Of a DNA stretch of 46,625 bases, positions 18,259-28,295 are shown piece after piece. Source of the stretch: a candidate division FCPU426 bacterium (GTDB lineage Bacteria; Oederibacteriota; Muellerivitia; Muellerivitales; Muellerivitaceae); NCBI GenBank assembly GCA_963830915.1, contig CAWHOE010000014.1, positions 1 to 46,625 on the forward strand, given 5' to 3'. A program made the translations under genes and the position numbers. The notes below the pieces were generated by a model. That model worked only from the letters and a program-made list of their open reading frames with translations. It did not search any database and was not told the origin of the DNA. Position 1 is the stretch's first letter. Each line of letters begins with the position of its first letter.

Positions 18259-18438
18259 CAAGTTCACCAAGAAAGACAAAAAAGAATTTCCTGTTTAAAA
18301 ATTCTCCTTTTTGGCGGACTGGGGTGTAGTTAAAAAAAACCTTAAAGGACTTTTTGTCGACGATCAATAAATACTTTAAAGATTCTTGCGTTGTTCTTGG
18401 TGCCCTTGGTGCCTTGGTGGTTAAAGTGGTTTTGTTGT

Positions 18439-18789
18439 TTATGGTTCCAACAGGGCGTTCACTTTCGCCGCGCAAATGAAGTCGTTATCCGATAATCCCT
18501 GGATGGCATGGGTGACATACCTCACCTTGCAGGTCTTGTAACCCACTTCCATATCCGGATGATGGTTCTCTTTGTGGGATATCCAGGCTACCGCGTTCAC
18601 GAAAGCCATGGTCTGGTGGTAATCCTTGAAATTGAAGGTCTTGACGATCTCCCCGTTGACATGTTCCCATCCGGGCAATTGGGTCAGATAACCCTTGATC
18701 ATGACGAGGTTGAGGGCTTTGGTCCCTCCCTCGCAGGGTTTGCATTTTTTCTGGGTCAGTTCGCCCTGAGGCTTGAAAGTCTTTTCCAT
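18439..18789 (-). CDS. phhB: Pterin-4-alpha-carbinolamine dehydratase
   Basis: CKPCEGG, KTFNFKDY, ENHHPD, THAIQGLSDNDFICAAKVN; GGAGG RBS. Confidence 0.95.
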   Translation of the reverse strand: MEKTFKPQGELTQKKCKPCEGGTKALNLVMIKGYLTQLPGWEHVNGEIVKTFNFKDYHQTMAFVNAVAWISHKENHHPDMEVGYKTCKVRYVTHAIQGLSDNDFICAAKVNALLEP

Positions 18790-19053
18790 TAAACCCCTCC
18801 GAAATAAAAATTTGCCACTGATACATGGGATTCATGAGATTTAAAATCCTCATAATTTTAAACTTTATCTTTGCCTATCCTATGTATCCCATGCATCTGT
18901 GGCTGATTTAGGTGTTAGCTGTGTCTTTTGTTCTTAAACAATAAAATCCTTTTGATTCGATCATCTTTGGCCTTGGGATTACGTCTTTCTTGGACAGTAG
19001 TGAATGAACATAGTATCGAATGATGGGGAAAAAAGCTTGAGGTGTGGGGATTT

Positions 19054-21213
19054 TTAGGGCGTCGGAGTTTGAGCCGGGGCCGTATTATCCGCTGGAGCGG
19101 TCGTCGGGACTGGCGTTGCTTCCGTTGTTTGCGCCGCGGGAGCTGGCGTCGCGGCTGGAACGGGGGTATCAGCCGGGGCCTGTGTCGCCGCTGTATTGCC
19201 AGCGGGAACGGTCGGGACAGGAGTAGGGGCCGTAGGGGTCGAATCCATCGGGATCTCCGTTTGTCCTGAAGTCGGCGCGCTGACCGTGGGCGTGGGTTCG
19301 CTCAGGGTAGGGGTGACCGTGAAGGTTGGCGTAGCCTCCGGCGTTGTTTCGGACTCTTCCTTGGCGGCCCTGGTCGGCACCACCCGGCGGATGGTCTTGG
19401 CGCTTTCCTTCCCGTCCGCGTCGACCGAGGTGACGGCAAAATAATAGGCCTTTCCATTCTTGAGCGACTTCAGGTTGGCCTTCAGGGAATTCAACGGATG
19501 TTTGGTCAGGCGTTTGTAGGTCTTCTTGTTGTTGGAAACATAGAGATGATAACCCACGGCGCCAGCCGCCGACTCCCAGGTCAGCTTCGCCAGTTTATTG
19601 CCGGGGACGGCCATGAAATGGGCTGGGGGGAGGATCGCGGGGACGGCTGCTTGAGGCTGGGCTCCCGCCGTCACCATTTGGGAGGCGGCGCTTTCCACAC
19701 CGGCCTTGTTGAGGGCGGTCACAAAGAAAAGATAACTCTTCGTCAGGTCCAATTTTTTCAGGAACACCCGGTTATCAGCCAGGGGTTTGGCCGTCAATTT
19801 CCTCGCCGGCTTCCCCGATGGATCCGCCAGGTACAGATTGAAGCCGGTCACGTCGGCCGAGACCGCCTTGTCCCAGGTCAGTTCAAGTCCCGCGCCTTTG
19901 GGCGCCGCCGAAAGCCCCGTGGGTGAAGTCATCCCCGGTGTGGCGACAGGGGTGGTCGCGGAAACAGCCGCCTGGACACCCGTAGGGGTGAAGGTCAGTT
20001 CGGTCATGGAACTTTCCCGGCCAGCCGCGCTCACCGAGGATATCCCGAAGGTGTAATTCGTTCCCGCCTTGAGGCTCTTCAACTTCAGGGCGGTATCATG
20101 GATGGGGTGATGGGTGACCCTGGCGAAAACCGAGGCCCCGGGCTTTTTAAGATAAAGGTTGTAGCCGACCACGTCCTTGGAATCGGACGCTTTCCAGGAT
20201 AATTCCGCCCCCGCCTCCAGGGACTTGGCCTGGAACCCTTCCGGCGCGGACAACCCGCCCGAGGTCTCCGTCCCGAAACGAAGGATCAACGAAATGCGGT
20301 GGGTGTCGCCCAAAGTGTCCATGGGAGCGTAAGCGTAATCGAACTGGAATAGCTTGAGGTTCAACCCAACACCGGCGGTCAAGTGCTGGTAATTGGTGTC
20401 CCCGGTATAACCCACCCGGAGCGCCAATGTTTTCTGGAACCAGTACTCCAACCCGCCTCCCGCCTGCAGGCTTTGGCTTTGGATGTAATATCCGGCGTCG
20501 GCGGCCACCAACAAAGAGTGTTGGGGCAGGTCCAGGAGCTGATAGGCCAGTCCCAACCGGCCTTCCATGGGAAGGGGGTCGGAGGAGGAAACGAACTGCA
20601 CCGACTGGCCCACATTGAAAACTCCCACACCGATCCGGAAACCCGAACCAGGCGTCACCAGGACGCCCGCGTCGCCCCCAAAGGCGGCGGCGTTGAAACC
20701 CGCGATGCCGCGCATGATGTATTTGCCCGTGAGGCCAAAGGAGATCAGGTCCTTGACCCGGTAAGCGCCCGAAAGAAGGATGGCCGTGTCGCCGGCCGAG
20801 ACGGCCGGGGCCACCCCATTGGTGCTGTCGAAGCTTGGAACGCCCAGGTTAATGACCCCAGCGCCCAATCCTAACCGGTCCTCGCCCAGGGGGATAGGAA
20901 ACGCCGCTCCCCCAAAGTTATAGGCGATGTCGCTGATGTAGAGCATCCGAAGGTAGCCGACCTGGGGATTCTCGATCAAGGCCAATCCCGCCGGGTTCCA
21001 GGTCAGGGCGTTGATATCGTCCGCCACCGCGGTAAAGGCCTCGCCCATGCCTTCGCCTCGGGCGCCGCTGGCAAGCTTGAGGAAATCCGCGCCGGAGGAC
21101 AACTGCTGGGCTTGGAGGAGATTCAGGGGCGCCAGACACAAAAGGACAGCCACAGCCAAGCCGAGGTTGGAGAGGGTGTTTTTGTGTTGTTTCGGCTCGA
21201 TAAGTAGGCTCAT
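19054..21213 (-). CDS. PorV/PorQ (UPF0164)-family outer-membrane barrel fused to three Lys-rich FN3 domains and a Pro/Thr tail
   Basis: FLKLASGARGEGMGEAFTAVADDINALTWNPAGL...FDYAYAPMDTLGDTHRISL, then three FN3 units (LSW..GYNLY; LTW..GFNLY; LTW..GYHLY). Start is ATG 21213 or TTG 21249. Confidence 0.88.
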   Translation of the reverse strand: MSLLIEPKQHKNTLSNLGLAVAVLLCLAPLNLLQAQQLSSGADFLKLASGARGEGMGEAFTAVADDINALTWNPAGLALIENPQVGYLRMLYISDIAYNFGGAAFPIPLGEDRLGLGAGVINLGVPSFDSTNGVAPAVSAGDTAILLSGAYRVKDLISFGLTGKYIMRGIAGFNAAAFGGDAGVLVTPGSGFRIGVGVFNVGQSVQFVSSSDPLPMEGRLGLAYQLLDLPQHSLLVAADAGYYIQSQSLQAGGGLEYWFQKTLALRVGYTGDTNYQHLTAGVGLNLKLFQFDYAYAPMDTLGDTHRISLILRFGTETSGGLSAPEGFQAKSLEAGAELSWKASDSKDVVGYNLYLKKPGASVFARVTHHPIHDTALKLKSLKAGTNYTFGISSVSAAGRESSMTELTFTPTGVQAAVSATTPVATPGMTSPTGLSAAPKGAGLELTWDKAVSADVTGFNLYLADPSGKPARKLTAKPLADNRVFLKKLDLTKSYLFFVTALNKAGVESAASQMVTAGAQPQAAVPAILPPAHFMAVPGNKLAKLTWESAAGAVGYHLYVSNNKKTYKRLTKHPLNSLKANLKSLKNGKAYYFAVTSVDADGKESAKTIRRVVPTRAAKEESETTPEATPTFTVTPTLSEPTPTVSAPTSGQTEIPMDSTPTAPTPVPTVPAGNTAATQAPADTPVPAATPAPAAQTTEATPVPTTAPADNTAPAQTPTP

Positions 21214-21251
21214 TTGGAGGGTCAACTCCCTGTTCTCAGCATAATCCAATT

Positions 21252-24200
21252 TTATTTAACGACAGCTACTTTTTTCATCTGCCGGAACCCGTTGGCCCTG
21301 ATCTCGATCAGGTATATCCCGGAAGCGACAAAATTCCCGTTCTTGTCCTTGATATCCCAGGAGGTGTTCTCTTGGACATCGGCCACCGCGGGAGCGGGGT
21401 CAAGGGTCCTGATCAGGTTCCCTGTAATGTTATAGATCCTGATCTCGATGGCCCCGCTATTAGGGACCAGATAGCTGATATTGAGGGTCTGGCCCAATAG
21501 CGGCCGGACCAGATTGGCGTCGAAGACCATTTGGTGGGTGACCAGTGGAGGCGGAGGAATGACCGAGGGAGTCGTGGTCGTGGCGATGCCGTGGTTGGAA
21601 TTGGCGCTGTGGGTACCCGCGGAGTTGACGGCCTGAACCACGTAAAAGTAGGTGGTGTTGTAATTAAGCCCTGTATCCACGAACTGGGTAACGGATGACG
21701 TGAGCGGGTTGACCAGGGTCGTCACGGCGCTCATGGCGCTGAAGGTGGTTCCCCGGTAAACCTGGTACGAGACGATATTTTGGCCCATGTCATTGGAGGG
21801 CGTCCAGGAGAGAACGATAGTCGAGGGACCGGTGGCTGTGGCCGCCACCGAGTTGGGCGGGTTGATCGCCAGGGCGCTGCCCTGGGTCGTGACGGTCACG
21901 CTGGCCGCGCTCAAGTGGGCGCCGGTCGTCTCTCCCGAGGCGTCCAGGGTCTGGACGGTATAGGTCACAGGCGTTCCGTTGACCACGGGGCTGTCCAAAT
22001 ACCAGGTCTGGGTGGCGGGCAGGGTCACGGAAGCGCCGTCCGACCGGTTGACGATATAGAAGGAAACGGGCAGGCCACCTATGGGAGCCTTTACGGGGGC
22101 CCAATCCACCACGATCTGGGTATTCCCGGCCAGCGCCAGAACCGGCGATGGGGCGGGCGGAGGATTGGACGTTCCGTCCATCACCAGGGATGAGGGCGCT
22201 CCCAGGTGATTGTGGATATCGATGGCCTGGATCTCGTAATTATAAAGCTGGCCGAAGATGCCGCTGGTATCCAGGAACGACACCGACGCCGAGGTCAGGA
22301 CCGTCAGAGGCGCCCCAAAGGTCACGCTCGTGGACCGCAGGACGTTGTAAATGGAGACCGGGTAAGAACTGGCCGGAGGCGTCCAGGTCAGGGTCACCCC
22401 GGTCGGACTGGAATTGGAACTTAAGACCGGCTGGCCCAGGTTGTAGGGGAAGGCCGATACGGGGGCCGAGAAGGTGCTGGGCGTGCTGTTGACGTTGTAG
22501 GACGTCCAGTTATAGATATAAGTGGTTCCCGCGGTCAGGCCCGAGTCCACGAAGGAAACACCCGGGCTAAAGACTGTGACGGGGGTCCCGAAGGCCGGAG
22601 CCCGGGATATGACATAGTCCGTGACCGGGACATTGTCGGTGGGAGCCACGGCGTTCCATCCAAGGGTCGCGGAAGTCGCGCCGTCGGTCTCGGTCAGGGT
22701 CGAGGGAGCGGAGGGCGCCCGGGCTGGAGTCCCAAAAACCGTGACACTATTGGAGCTCTTCGACCCTAGGTTGTTGAGTGCTACAAAGTAATAATAATAA
22801 GTCGTGCCATTGGCCACGCTTGGATCAGCGTAATTCCCCACGCCAGTCGACGGGGTAGCGACGACGCTATAGGTTCCAGCGGCCGCTGTGGCTCGATATA
22901 TCTGATATCCCGTCACCGGAGCTCCCAAGCCAGTGAATGAGTCGGTCCAGGATACCGAGGCCGACCCCACACCGGCGGTCACCGAGATCTTGCTTGGTGG
23001 ATTCACAAGACCCGTCCCTGGAACCGCTATGAGAGGAGCCGTCAGGGAGCTGACATCGACACCCGTGGTGATCCCCGATGAATCCACTGTCTGGATGGTA
23101 TAAGTATAAGTGACACCGTTGGTCAATCCCGTATCGACAAACCCGGTCGCGCTCGCTGGAAGCTGGGTCACGGGGCTGGACGGCCCGGAAGACTGGCGGA
23201 AAACGATGTAGGACCCGATCGGCAACGTGCCAGGGGTCGCTGCGCTCCAAGTGAGTTCCGCCGCCTCGTCACCAGGCCACACGCCCGTATTGACCGGTGG
23301 GCTTGGGGGTGCGATAGGTTGGGCGAAGGTCTGGGGCGCGAAGGCGCTGAGATGTCCCAGGCTGTCCTGGGTTTGGAGTGAATAGTAATAGGTGACCCCG
23401 TTGGTCAAAGCCGTGTCGGTCACGGCGTTCCCAGTGATGAGGCTCCCCACTTGAATACCCGTCACTCCCGCCGAGGTGGACCGATAAAGGTCGTATCCCG
23501 CGATAGGGTAGGTGCTGACGGAAGGTGAGGTCCAGGTCAGGGTCACGGAGGCGTTGCCAGGAAAGGCGTTGACTCCCACGGGGCTATTGGGAAGAGCGTA
23601 AGCCGTCACCGCGACCGCGTTGGAGGTATTGAGGGGGGTTTCCTTCCCTCCAATGTCCACAGCCGTAACCAAGTAGTAATAAAGGGTATTCCCTGTCAAA
23701 CCCGAATTATCCAGGAACCCAACTGTCGTCAGGCCCGAAGCCACGGAGGAGTAACTGCCCAGGGTGTTGGTGGTAGCCCGGTATACGTTATAAGACACGA
23801 CCTGTTGGGACGGGTCATTGGGGGTCCAGATCAGGTTCGATTCCACCGTGCTGGGGCTCAATCCCGAGACCGCCGTGAGACTAGCGGGCTCCGACGGCGC
23901 GATATTGATGGTCTGGGGATTGGACAGGGGTCCCTCTCCCGTGGCGTTCTGGGCGGTCACTTCATAAACGTAATAATGTCCCGGATCCACATGCAGGGTC
24001 AAGGTAATGGGGAAGGTCAAACCAGCCGCCGGCACGGTCCTCATGTTGATCGGGGTATTGGAATCCTCTCCCCGGTAGATGTTGTACTGGGTGACATCGG
24101 ATGGTAAAGAACCGGGGGACCAGCTGATCAATCGGGAGACCCCATCCGCCGCCAGTGTCACGGGCGCCAGACTAACGGTCGCTGGGTAGGTCAGGATGGA

Positions 24201-25712
24201 TAGGGGCGCCGCCGCGGTCGAGCCCTGCCCATAGGCGTTCGTGACGGACAGGTTGAAGGTATAGGTCGTGTCCGGGCTCATGGCCAGGTCCGTGAAGGAG
24301 GATGCGGTCGGAGCCAGGGCCGTCACGCCGCTTCCGTTGACGTAGACCGACACTCCCTCGGCGTTCGGGTCCACGATGGTCACGGGATTCCAGGAGAAGG
24401 TCACGTCATTGGAGGTATCCAGGGTGATAGTCCCCAAAGTAGGAATTTGTGGTTTCAGACCCATTGTAACGGAAGTAGACCGCAAGCTTTCCCAGCCCGG
24501 GGCCGAAGGTCCGCCCGGGTCGGTATCGGTGATCTGGTAATAATAATCAACCCCGGGGGAGGCCGTCAGGTCGTCATAACTGGTTTGCCCCGAGACCGTA
24601 CCAAGGACCTGGGTGATTGCGGCGGGGGATGTTCCCCGATAGACCGTATAAAAAGAAACACTTCCCGCGGAAGGTACGCTGTTGGACCAACCTAGATTGA
24701 TGTCCGTGGAGGTGGAAATTGATCCAACAGACCCAGGCGCCTGGAGAGGAAGCTGGAGTCCCTGCAGGGTCAAGGGACCCGCCCCGCTTGGGTTCTGGGC
24801 CTGGAGGAAATAATAAAGGGTGGCTCCCGCGGAAAAGCCGGACGTGTCGGTGATCGGGATCCCAGCTCCGGCCGGGGGGATGGCGAGGGAGACGGGGGAC
24901 ATACCGGTAGTGACCGGCGTGGTATTGCGGTAGAGGTTGTAACCGGTCAGGTTGGTGGCGGCGCCGGAGGCCGACCAGAGGACCTGGATGTTGTTGAGGG
25001 CGGCGCCCACGGCCAGGACGGACAATCCGGAGGGCGCGGCGGGAAGCAAGGCGATCGTGACAGGACTGGACGCCAGGCTATAGCCGCCGGCGTTCCAGGC
25101 GACCAGGTCATAGATGTGGTTCACCCCTGGCGTGACGCCGGACGAGTCGGTAAAGGCCGACACGGCCCCGCCCGCGACAAAGGTCACGGCGCTGCCGTCC
25201 CGGATAACCTGGAAAGCGGTCACCGCTTCCCCGGCCGGGTTGTCGGTCCAGGTCAGGCTCACCGCGCTGGTGGAGGACGTGGCTCCCAGGTTCGTCGGGG
25301 GGTTCGGCGGTATCTCTTGGGATTGGACCTCGGCCATGCCCACCCCGCCGGCGTTCTGCGCCTGGAGGAAATAATAATAGGTGGTGCCGGCCGCCGCCGT
25401 GGTCGGGCTGGAATCGGTATAGGCCGTGACCGGCAGGGTCAAGCCCAGCGTGAGGGGGGATGCCGCGCTAAAGGTGACACTCGTCCCCCGGTAGAGGTTG
25501 TACTGGGTCAGGTCCTGCTCCGCCGGGACGGGCGTGGCCCAGGTCAAAAGGACGTCAGTCCTCACCGTGGTGGAGACCGCCAGGCTTAAACCCGTCGGGA
25601 TATTGGGTAGGATGGCCGTGGTGACGGGAGCGGACAAAAGGCCTTCCCCGCCTGAATTCACCGCGGAAACGGTATAGATATGGGTCACCCCGAAGGAGGG
25701 GCTGTCGGTCAC
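21252..25712 (-). CDS. Very large multi-FN3 surface protein with C-terminal FlgD-Ig/T9SS-like sorting domain; 5'-truncated at the chimeric junction
   Basis: Roughly 14 FN3-like repeats (LTW..YNLYR..YTD..YYYFLQA). C-terminus RIYNITGNLIRTL..WDIKDKNGNFVASGIYLIEI..KKVAVVK. No signal peptide; the ORF begins mid-repeat. Confidence 0.9.
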   Translation of the reverse strand: MTDSPSFGVTHIYTVSAVNSGGEGLLSAPVTTAILPNIPTGLSLAVSTTVRTDVLLTWATPVPAEQDLTQYNLYRGTSVTFSAASPLTLGLTLPVTAYTDSSPTTAAAGTTYYYFLQAQNAGGVGMAEVQSQEIPPNPPTNLGATSSTSAVSLTWTDNPAGEAVTAFQVIRDGSAVTFVAGGAVSAFTDSSGVTPGVNHIYDLVAWNAGGYSLASSPVTIALLPAAPSGLSVLAVGAALNNIQVLWSASGAATNLTGYNLYRNTTPVTTGMSPVSLAIPPAGAGIPITDTSGFSAGATLYYFLQAQNPSGAGPLTLQGLQLPLQAPGSVGSISTSTDINLGWSNSVPSAGSVSFYTVYRGTSPAAITQVLGTVSGQTSYDDLTASPGVDYYYQITDTDPGGPSAPGWESLRSTSVTMGLKPQIPTLGTITLDTSNDVTFSWNPVTIVDPNAEGVSVYVNGSGVTALAPTASSFTDLAMSPDTTYTFNLSVTNAYGQGSTAAAPLSILTYPATVSLAPVTLAADGVSRLISWSPGSLPSDVTQYNIYRGEDSNTPINMRTVPAAGLTFPITLTLHVDPGHYYVYEVTAQNATGEGPLSNPQTINIAPSEPASLTAVSGLSPSTVESNLIWTPNDPSQQVVSYNVYRATTNTLGSYSSVASGLTTVGFLDNSGLTGNTLYYYLVTAVDIGGKETPLNTSNAVAVTAYALPNSPVGVNAFPGNASVTLTWTSPSVSTYPIAGYDLYRSTSAGVTGIQVGSLITGNAVTDTALTNGVTYYYSLQTQDSLGHLSAFAPQTFAQPIAPPSPPVNTGVWPGDEAAELTWSAATPGTLPIGSYIVFRQSSGPSSPVTQLPASATGFVDTGLTNGVTYTYTIQTVDSSGITTGVDVSSLTAPLIAVPGTGLVNPPSKISVTAGVGSASVSWTDSFTGLGAPVTGYQIYRATAAAGTYSVVATPSTGVGNYADPSVANGTTYYYYFVALNNLGSKSSNSVTVFGTPARAPSAPSTLTETDGATSATLGWNAVAPTDNVPVTDYVISRAPAFGTPVTVFSPGVSFVDSGLTAGTTYIYNWTSYNVNSTPSTFSAPVSAFPYNLGQPVLSSNSSPTGVTLTWTPPASSYPVSIYNVLRSTSVTFGAPLTVLTSASVSFLDTSGIFGQLYNYEIQAIDIHNHLGAPSSLVMDGTSNPPPAPSPVLALAGNTQIVVDWAPVKAPIGGLPVSFYIVNRSDGASVTLPATQTWYLDSPVVNGTPVTYTVQTLDASGETTGAHLSAASVTVTTQGSALAINPPNSVAATATGPSTIVLSWTPSNDMGQNIVSYQVYRGTTFSAMSAVTTLVNPLTSSVTQFVDTGLNYNTTYFYVVQAVNSAGTHSANSNHGIATTTTPSVIPPPPLVTHQMVFDANLVRPLLGQTLNISYLVPNSGAIEIRIYNITGNLIRTLDPAPAVADVQENTSWDIKDKNGNFVASGIYLIEIRANGFRQMKKVAVVK

Positions 25713-25714
25713 CG

Positions 25715-25985
25715 GCCCGTTCGAAACGGACCGAGGGCGCGTTCGCGCAGGCCGGCATGCGCCCGAATCCGGACGTGTCGTATCTGCAGGAAAGTTTCCA
25801 GCGGCAGGAGAACACGCGGACCGCGCTCATCAACCAGCGCATCGAACTGGGCGGCAAGCGCGGCTACCGGATGGACGTCGCGGCATACGGCCGCGAAGCG
25901 TCGCTCGCCGCCGTCGAGGCCCAGTCGGCCGCGGTGCGCGCGAACGTGACGGCCGCGTTCTTCGGCCTGCTCGCCGCGCAGAGGA
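25715..25985 (+). other. Isolated internal fragment of a CzcC/TolC-family outer-membrane efflux gene at the junction
   Basis: TEGAFAQAGMRPNPDVSYLQE..ALINQRIELGGKRGYRMDVA..VRANVTAAFFGLLAAQ matches the CzcC N-terminal pattern (PNP..Q.IELGGKR); no true start or end. Confidence 0.75.
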
Positions 25986-26046
25986 TGAAGGCCCGGGGCG
26001 TTTGGCCAATCTCCCCGGAAAAATCTATTTGAAAGGGTTTTGAGCA

Positions 26047-26773
26047 ATGATCACACGAAGGCTAGGTCTGATTGCTGTGGCGATGGTTATTTCTCTGGCG
26101 TGGGCGGCAAGTCACGCGGCGGCGAAAGCCCGAAGGCGGGAGAAAGGCGGCCAGGGAGGTCGCGGCGGGCGGCGCGGCGGCATGATGATGGCCCCGGCCG
26201 GCGGCGGCAGGCATCTTGCTGAAGGAAACGGTCCAAAAGGACCTCCAGTTGACTGCCGACCAGGTCGCGAAGCTCAAGGACGTCGTGAAAACCGTCGACG
26301 ACAGCGCGAAGGAAGCCTTTGCCGGAATCCGCGACCTCTCGCGCGAGGAGCGCCAGGCGAAGCGGAAGGAAATGCGGGAAAAAATGCTGACCCAGACCAA
26401 AGACGCGCGGAAAAAGGTCGAGGCGATCCTAACGTCCAGGCAAACCGAGCGGTTCAAGCAAATCCGCCTCCAAGTGGCGGGGGCTGCCGCCTTCCTCGAC
26501 GCCGAAGTGACCAAGGCCCTGGACATTTCCGAGGAGCAACGTGGAAAGCTCCGCGATCCCATGGGGAAGCTGTGGGCGGAGCGGGGCGATTTCCGCAACC
26601 TCTCCCAGGAGGAACGCGGCAAGCGGTTGGCCGAAGTCCGCGAGAAGGCGCAGAAGGCCATTATGGAAGTCTTGACCCCCGACCAAAAGACGAAGCTTGA
26701 AGAAGTTGGAGGGGAAGAAGATCGAGTTGAAGCCGTCCGAAGCGATGGTGGCCCCGGAGGAGGCCGGTTTTGA
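26047..26773 (+). CDS. Secreted Spy/CpxP-like helical protein (LTxxQ repeats), frameshifted
   Basis: Signal peptide in ORF 26047. Body in ORF 26216: VQKDLQLTADQVAKL..ILTSRQTERFKQIRLQ..VLTPDQKTKL. Confidence 0.75.
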
Positions 26774-26871
26774 GGCCCCCGCCCGCGGCCCCGTGCGATA
26801 GACTCCCGCGGCGTTCGCCGGTTTCAGCCGCACCGCAGGTTGGGCGAGCGTTGTGAGCCCTGCCGTGATCG

Positions 26872-27001
26872 AAAATCCGAAGCACGAAATTCGAAACAAA
26901 TTCAAAATACGAAATCCAAATGACACAAATCCCAGCGTCTTAAGCCTTTGAGTTTTGTGCTTTGGATTTGTTTCGAATTTCGTGTTTCGGATTTCGTGCT
27001 T
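26872..27001. repeat. Heptamer-based inverted repeat element (aaatccg/aagcacg ... cgtgctt/cggattt)
   Basis: Left arm aaatccgaagcacgaaattcgaaacaaattc; right arm gatttgtttcgaatttcgtgtttcggatttcgtgctt. Confidence 0.8.
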
Positions 27002-27186
27002 CCCGCTGGTGGGGTTCGCCGCACTCGGCCTATCTTACAATCTGAGCACTGGCGAGACGCCAGTGCCACCCGAGGATTAGCTTCCCCGGCCCGCCTTCCC
27101 GTTCGCCCCTGGACTCCGCCCAACTTGCTGCGAATAATTGCTTGCACCCGCAGGCAACTCAGTTCGCAGCAGGAAAAAGGCGGTCA

Positions 27187-28295
27187 ATGGCAACGGCGAC
27201 TCCAACGCGGGACTACAGCCTCACCGGTCCCGAAGGCAAATTGGCGGCGGAAAAAGGGCTGGCCTCCGCTTCCTGGTATCAATGCCCCGTGCCGCGGGCC
27301 CGGATGAAGGAATTGATGCAGCGTCGCGACGGCCCGGCCATCCGCGACACGCTCCTCTGGTTCGCCTTGCTGCGGCGGAGCGGCGGGGTGGCCTTATATC
27401 TATGGGGTTCGTGGTGGCGGTCCCCGCGTTTGCCGTCTACGGAGTGCTCTACGCCTCGGTCGCCGATTCGCGTTGGCACGAGTGCGGCCACGGGACGGCC
27501 TTCAAAACCCGCTGGATGAACGCGGTCGTCTACAACCTCGCGTCGTTCATGGAGTTGCGCGAGGCGACGCCCTGGCGATGGAGCCACATTCGCCATCACA
27601 GCGACACGATCATCGTCGGCCGCGACCGCGAGATCGCCGTGCCGCGGCCGCCCAGCCTGCTGCACGTCTTTTTGATGTTTATCGCGCTGAACACCGGCTT
27701 GCTGGCCTTCGGCCCGATCATCTGGCACTGCTTTGGCCGGCTGACGAAAGAGGATAAAGAGCTAATTCCCGAGAGCGAGTTCCCCAGCGTCTTCTGGACC
27801 GCCCGGGTCTGGGCGGCCATCTTCGCGGCGGTCATCGCCTGGTCGATCGCCATCCGCAGCCCGCTGCCGCTGCTGTTCGTCGGCCTGCCGACATTTTACG
27901 GCTCCTGGCTGCTGGTCGTCTTTGGCCTGACGCAGCACGCCGGGCTGGCCGAGGACGTGCTCGACCACCGGCTGAATTGCCGCACAGTCTATATGAACCC
28001 GATCTTCCGCTTCATCTATTGGAACATGAACTATCACGTCGAGCATCACATGTTCCCGCTGGTCCCGTTCCACGCCTTGCCGGCCCTGCACGAGGCGTGC
28101 AAGGGCGACATGCCGCCGCCGTATCCGAGCTTGCTGGCCGCGTATCGAGAGATCATTCCCGCGCTGCTGCGGCAGATCAAGGATCCCGCCTATTGCGTCC
28201 AGCGTCCCTTGCCGCCGAGCGGGCAGCCGTCGCCCGAGCCGCTGCCCGAGCCGGCCTTGGCGCCCGCGGCGACGCTGCAAGGAGGACCGGCGTGA
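27187..28295 (+). CDS. Fatty-acid-desaturase-family di-iron oxygenase, MocD-like (frameshift near 27380-27420)
   Basis: RDYSLTGPE..WYQCPVPRARMKELMQRRDGPAIRDT N-terminus; His boxes HECGH, HIRHH, YHVEHH; TQHAGLAEDVLDHRLNCRT. Confidence 0.9.

Noticed and set aside
25713..25985. Horizontally acquired metal-efflux island
   Set aside because: Only an internal gene fragment between unrelated segments; best explained as a chimera artefact.
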